Shown here piece by piece: positions 61,497 to 64,000 of a stretch of DNA of 64,000 nucleotides. The DNA lies in assembly GCA_000708835.1 (NCBI GenBank), contig DF237282.1:1-64000 (forward strand). The letters are read 5' to 3'. The translations under genes and the position numbers were made by a program. The stretch is from Klebsormidium nitens. Lineage: Eukaryota; Plantae; Klebsormidiophyceae. The first letter of the stretch is position 1; each line of letters starts with the position of its first letter. A model generated the notes under the pieces. That model was not told the DNA's origin. It ran no database searches and was given only the letters and a program-made list of their open reading frames with translations.

Positions 61497-61933
61497 GCCT
61501 CCCGGCGCCTTCTCTGCCGCCGCCTTCACGAAACTGCCCCGAAACTGCCTTCCATTCTGTAATGGACGTCTAACGCCCTGGCGCTTCGCTCGGCATCTCA
61601 CCGCGCGCGCCCCAACCCCCCCAACCCTGTTTCACCGCGGTCAACGAATCCCGACCGTCCATCCGATCTCCGCAGATGTCGACACCATTCAATATCAACC
61701 TTCGGTCCGCGGCGACCTTCTGCGTCACTTTATCCGCAGCGGTCGTTGCAATCTTCCGGACGCTCATACGCTTACCTCCGGTGCCCCTATGCCTTACCCG
61801 GCGTTTCCGGCACTTCAGAGGCGCTTTGCAGCCGTCCGGGCGCCCCCCAACACCCCTATCGGAAGGTTGATATTGAATGGATCTGACAACTCTGTCTCTG
61901 TGATTAGTTGGAAAAGTGTTCTTATGATTTTAG
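61154..61933 (+). repeat. Direct repeats B1 (61154-61286) and B2 (61799-61933), with a 21 nt inverted copy of their core at 61685-61705
   Basis: cggcgtttccggcacttcagaggcgctttgcagccgtccgggcgcccccc...gaaggttgatattgaatggatctgaca...ttggaaaagtgttcttatgattttag occurs twice; ccattcaatatcaaccttcgg is the exact reverse complement of 61212-61232. Confidence 0.92.
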
Positions 61934-62582
61934 GGCTCGGACCATGCAACCGGTTGTAACCAATTTCGGTTTTTGATTTGTAACCCTTGCGTGGTGGTTT
62001 TTCAGGCCAAATGATTGCAAATGCATGATGCTTTCAATGTCAGCCCCAGGCCATCAAGCGGGAATTTCGCTTGACGACATGCTCAAGCTACCGGTAAGGT
62101 AAGCCGACGGCAAAAGTGAAGGGTGAGGGTGGGTACCGGTACGTGAGGGTTGAACTTTGAAGCCTACGGTACGTCGGTTACGGACTCACGCCGACGGTCG
62201 TCGGTCGCCCAATGCCGGGTTGGTCGGAGGTCCCCGGCGTAAAGCTTCCGGAAAGCCGGAAGGAGTCAGAATGCTTGAAGGACACGCACCATCACATCAT
62301 TGAGCACTGCAGTCGGTGCATCGTGGCGCCAGAGCCGGAAAAATGTGAAGAGAGACTGGTTGAATGACTGGCTGCTGTGAATTGGAAGTCCTTTCAAGTT
62401 GTGTGCTCAAAATGGTGTGCTGAATGAGGCATTACAGGGTCCGCTCAATTCTTAAAGGGAGGCTGTCCGGCCCCTGTCCGGTCTCTGTTTCCCAGGCTGA
62501 ACCCAGGCCTGCTTACGCTACCGTAGATCCGTTGAGGAGACTAGTGGCTCTTCAAGATAGCTTCCCTGGTTTCAAGGATTAA

Positions 62583-63826
62583 ATGATGGCGCAAGGCGTC
62601 TACCTTGACAGCAGGCCGGGAGCTTGGTGTTCTGGCTGTGCAACTTTCGTATGTCTGATCCTCTTAGCTTCTTTGGGGAGGATGCCGGTCGCTCTTGGGA
62701 GTTCCTATCCGTATCTATCCGGCCTCAATAATGTGATTGTCCCAGGACAGCTGACATTGAGCTACTTTGACTACCTTGGGGGATCCCTTAGCAACACACA
62801 AGAATGCCTCTGGTCAAATGCCCCCATGTCCAATGGTAGCAGCAATGCCGCCTTGGGGATCCGAGGCTGCCTCAAGTCTACAGACTTTGCGGCCTTGGGA
62901 GACAAGTGGAGCTACAACTACAGTTCCTGCGCGTTCCAGTACTGGGGCGCCAGCAACAGAAACCGCCTCTGCTTAGATGCAGCTGAGTTGAACGTGTACG
63001 TACCCTGACTCTGGAAAAGCCTTGTATTTCTTTGAGACAGGACGTCAAAGTATGGAGTCAAGGTTGAGCTTTTCTGGCTACTTGCTTTCACACCCCTATC
63101 CGTCCTGCTGATGCACGGCCGGCTTAGACCTTGTAGTGTCACAGACCTAATTTGTTCTGCTCTAATGTAAACATATTCTGTAATGCAGTGGCAGATACGA
63201 GCTCTGGACGGCAGCTCAAGCTTCAAACAGCCCCCCAGGTAAGAGAAGACAAGTAAGACCTCTTGTTAACCACATGGGGCCCTGTATCTGATTGACTTCA
63301 AGTTGGTATGGCTAGACAACCGTTACACTCCAGTGATATATTCCAAGCTGCTTGTTCCTTCTGGTTCCAAATTGTCAACTCGAATCTAGCTAGCTTATTA
63401 AAACGGTGAGGGAAGCTTGAGGTCGAATCAACTAGAAGTACACAGCAAAACCAGCTCTGGCGGACAACCACCAGCATGACGCAACTCTATTGTTGCACAT
63501 ATGCAGGTTACAGCTGGTATTCTGGCTATGATCTCAACCCGGATTCTGCAAACCTCGTTCTGCAATTACTGAGTACCTCCTGCACGCTTAACCCGTGTGG
63601 CTCTTGCAAAGTCAACCAAACCCTACTTTGTGGAGCAAACAATGGGCTCATTTCCAACAACCCCGCCAACTGCGCCCAGCTCTGTAACTCGCTGTCTGGA
63701 TGCGGCTGTGCGGGATTTGTTGTGGATCCCCAGTCCGGGTGTTGCTACCTGAAGAACGTATCTCCTTCGACTGCGTTTGTAAAGGCGAGCAAGGGATTCG
63801 ATGCCTACGTGCGATCCGACGTGTGA
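62583..63826 (+). CDS. Probably secreted Cys-rich protein with a C-terminal PAN/Apple-like domain, 3 exons (62583-62995, 63189-63238, 63507-63826), 260 aa
   Basis: Hydrophobic N-terminal segment CATFVCLILLASLG; phase-consistent splicing (783 nt); C-terminal NPANCAQLCNSLSGCGCAGFVV...GCCYLKN matches the PAN/Apple Cys pattern. Confidence 0.75.
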
Positions 63827-64000
63827 GCAGGCCCGGACTTTCCCTGTGTTTCTTTTCAGTTGACTACGGTCATTGTAGGATCGCATCATGAGAGAGGGCT
63901 TTGACCTCCCAGCTTTTGTGTGCTTGAAAATCACAACTCGAAAAGAAGCATCAGAGAACGGCGCGCCTTTGCAAACCACTATTTTCTTGTTGAACTCCTT

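Larger units (their letters stand above)
55470..61933 (+). mobile_element. DIRS-class tyrosine-recombinase retrotransposon, 5'-truncated and inactivated: gag-like, RT-RNaseH-MT (+), YR (-), split direct repeats at the right end
   Basis: DIRS-type RT, RNase H and MT motifs, a YR ORF and ~134 bp direct repeats (see component features). The left boundary is approximate. Confidence 0.85.

Noticed and set aside
1-64000. rRNA, tRNA or prokaryotic operon / defence-system interpretation
   Set aside because: No rRNA or tRNA signatures seen; genes are spliceosomal-intron-containing; the YR and MT belong to a retrotransposon, not a prophage or restriction-modification system.

Overview
Intron-rich eukaryotic genomic DNA, not prokaryotic: short GC3-rich exons with GT-AG introns. 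It resembles a streptophyte green alga such as Klebsormidium, but the taxon is my inference. I assembled six genes by hand with phase-consistent splice sites: a Sel1-like repeat protein (-, frameshifted), an SLC43/FMP42-type MFS transporter (-, 470 aa), a YbhB/YbcL-type PEBP (-, 197 aa), ZMAT2/Snu23 (+, 206 aa), an STK11IP-like LRR protein (+, about 878 aa) and a secreted PAN/Apple-domain protein (+, 260 aa). There is also an orphan Cys-rich terminal exon and a possible BTB/BACK pseudogene. Mobile DNA comprises a 5'-truncated DIRS-type tyrosine-recombinase retrotransposon (RT-RNaseH-MT on +, YR on -, with an apparent intron and split direct repeats), a CACTA MITE inserted in its pol, and a Harbinger-like MITE. 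Two things stand out. (1) About ten exon-intron junctions in six genes are tandemly duplicated, mostly in roughly 140-190 bp units, and in the 7-copy MFS array the exon-derived parts differ mainly at third codon positions. (2) The retroelement carries its recombinase antisense to pol, apparently spliced. All calls come from manual reading and recalled family motifs; no database searches were run.
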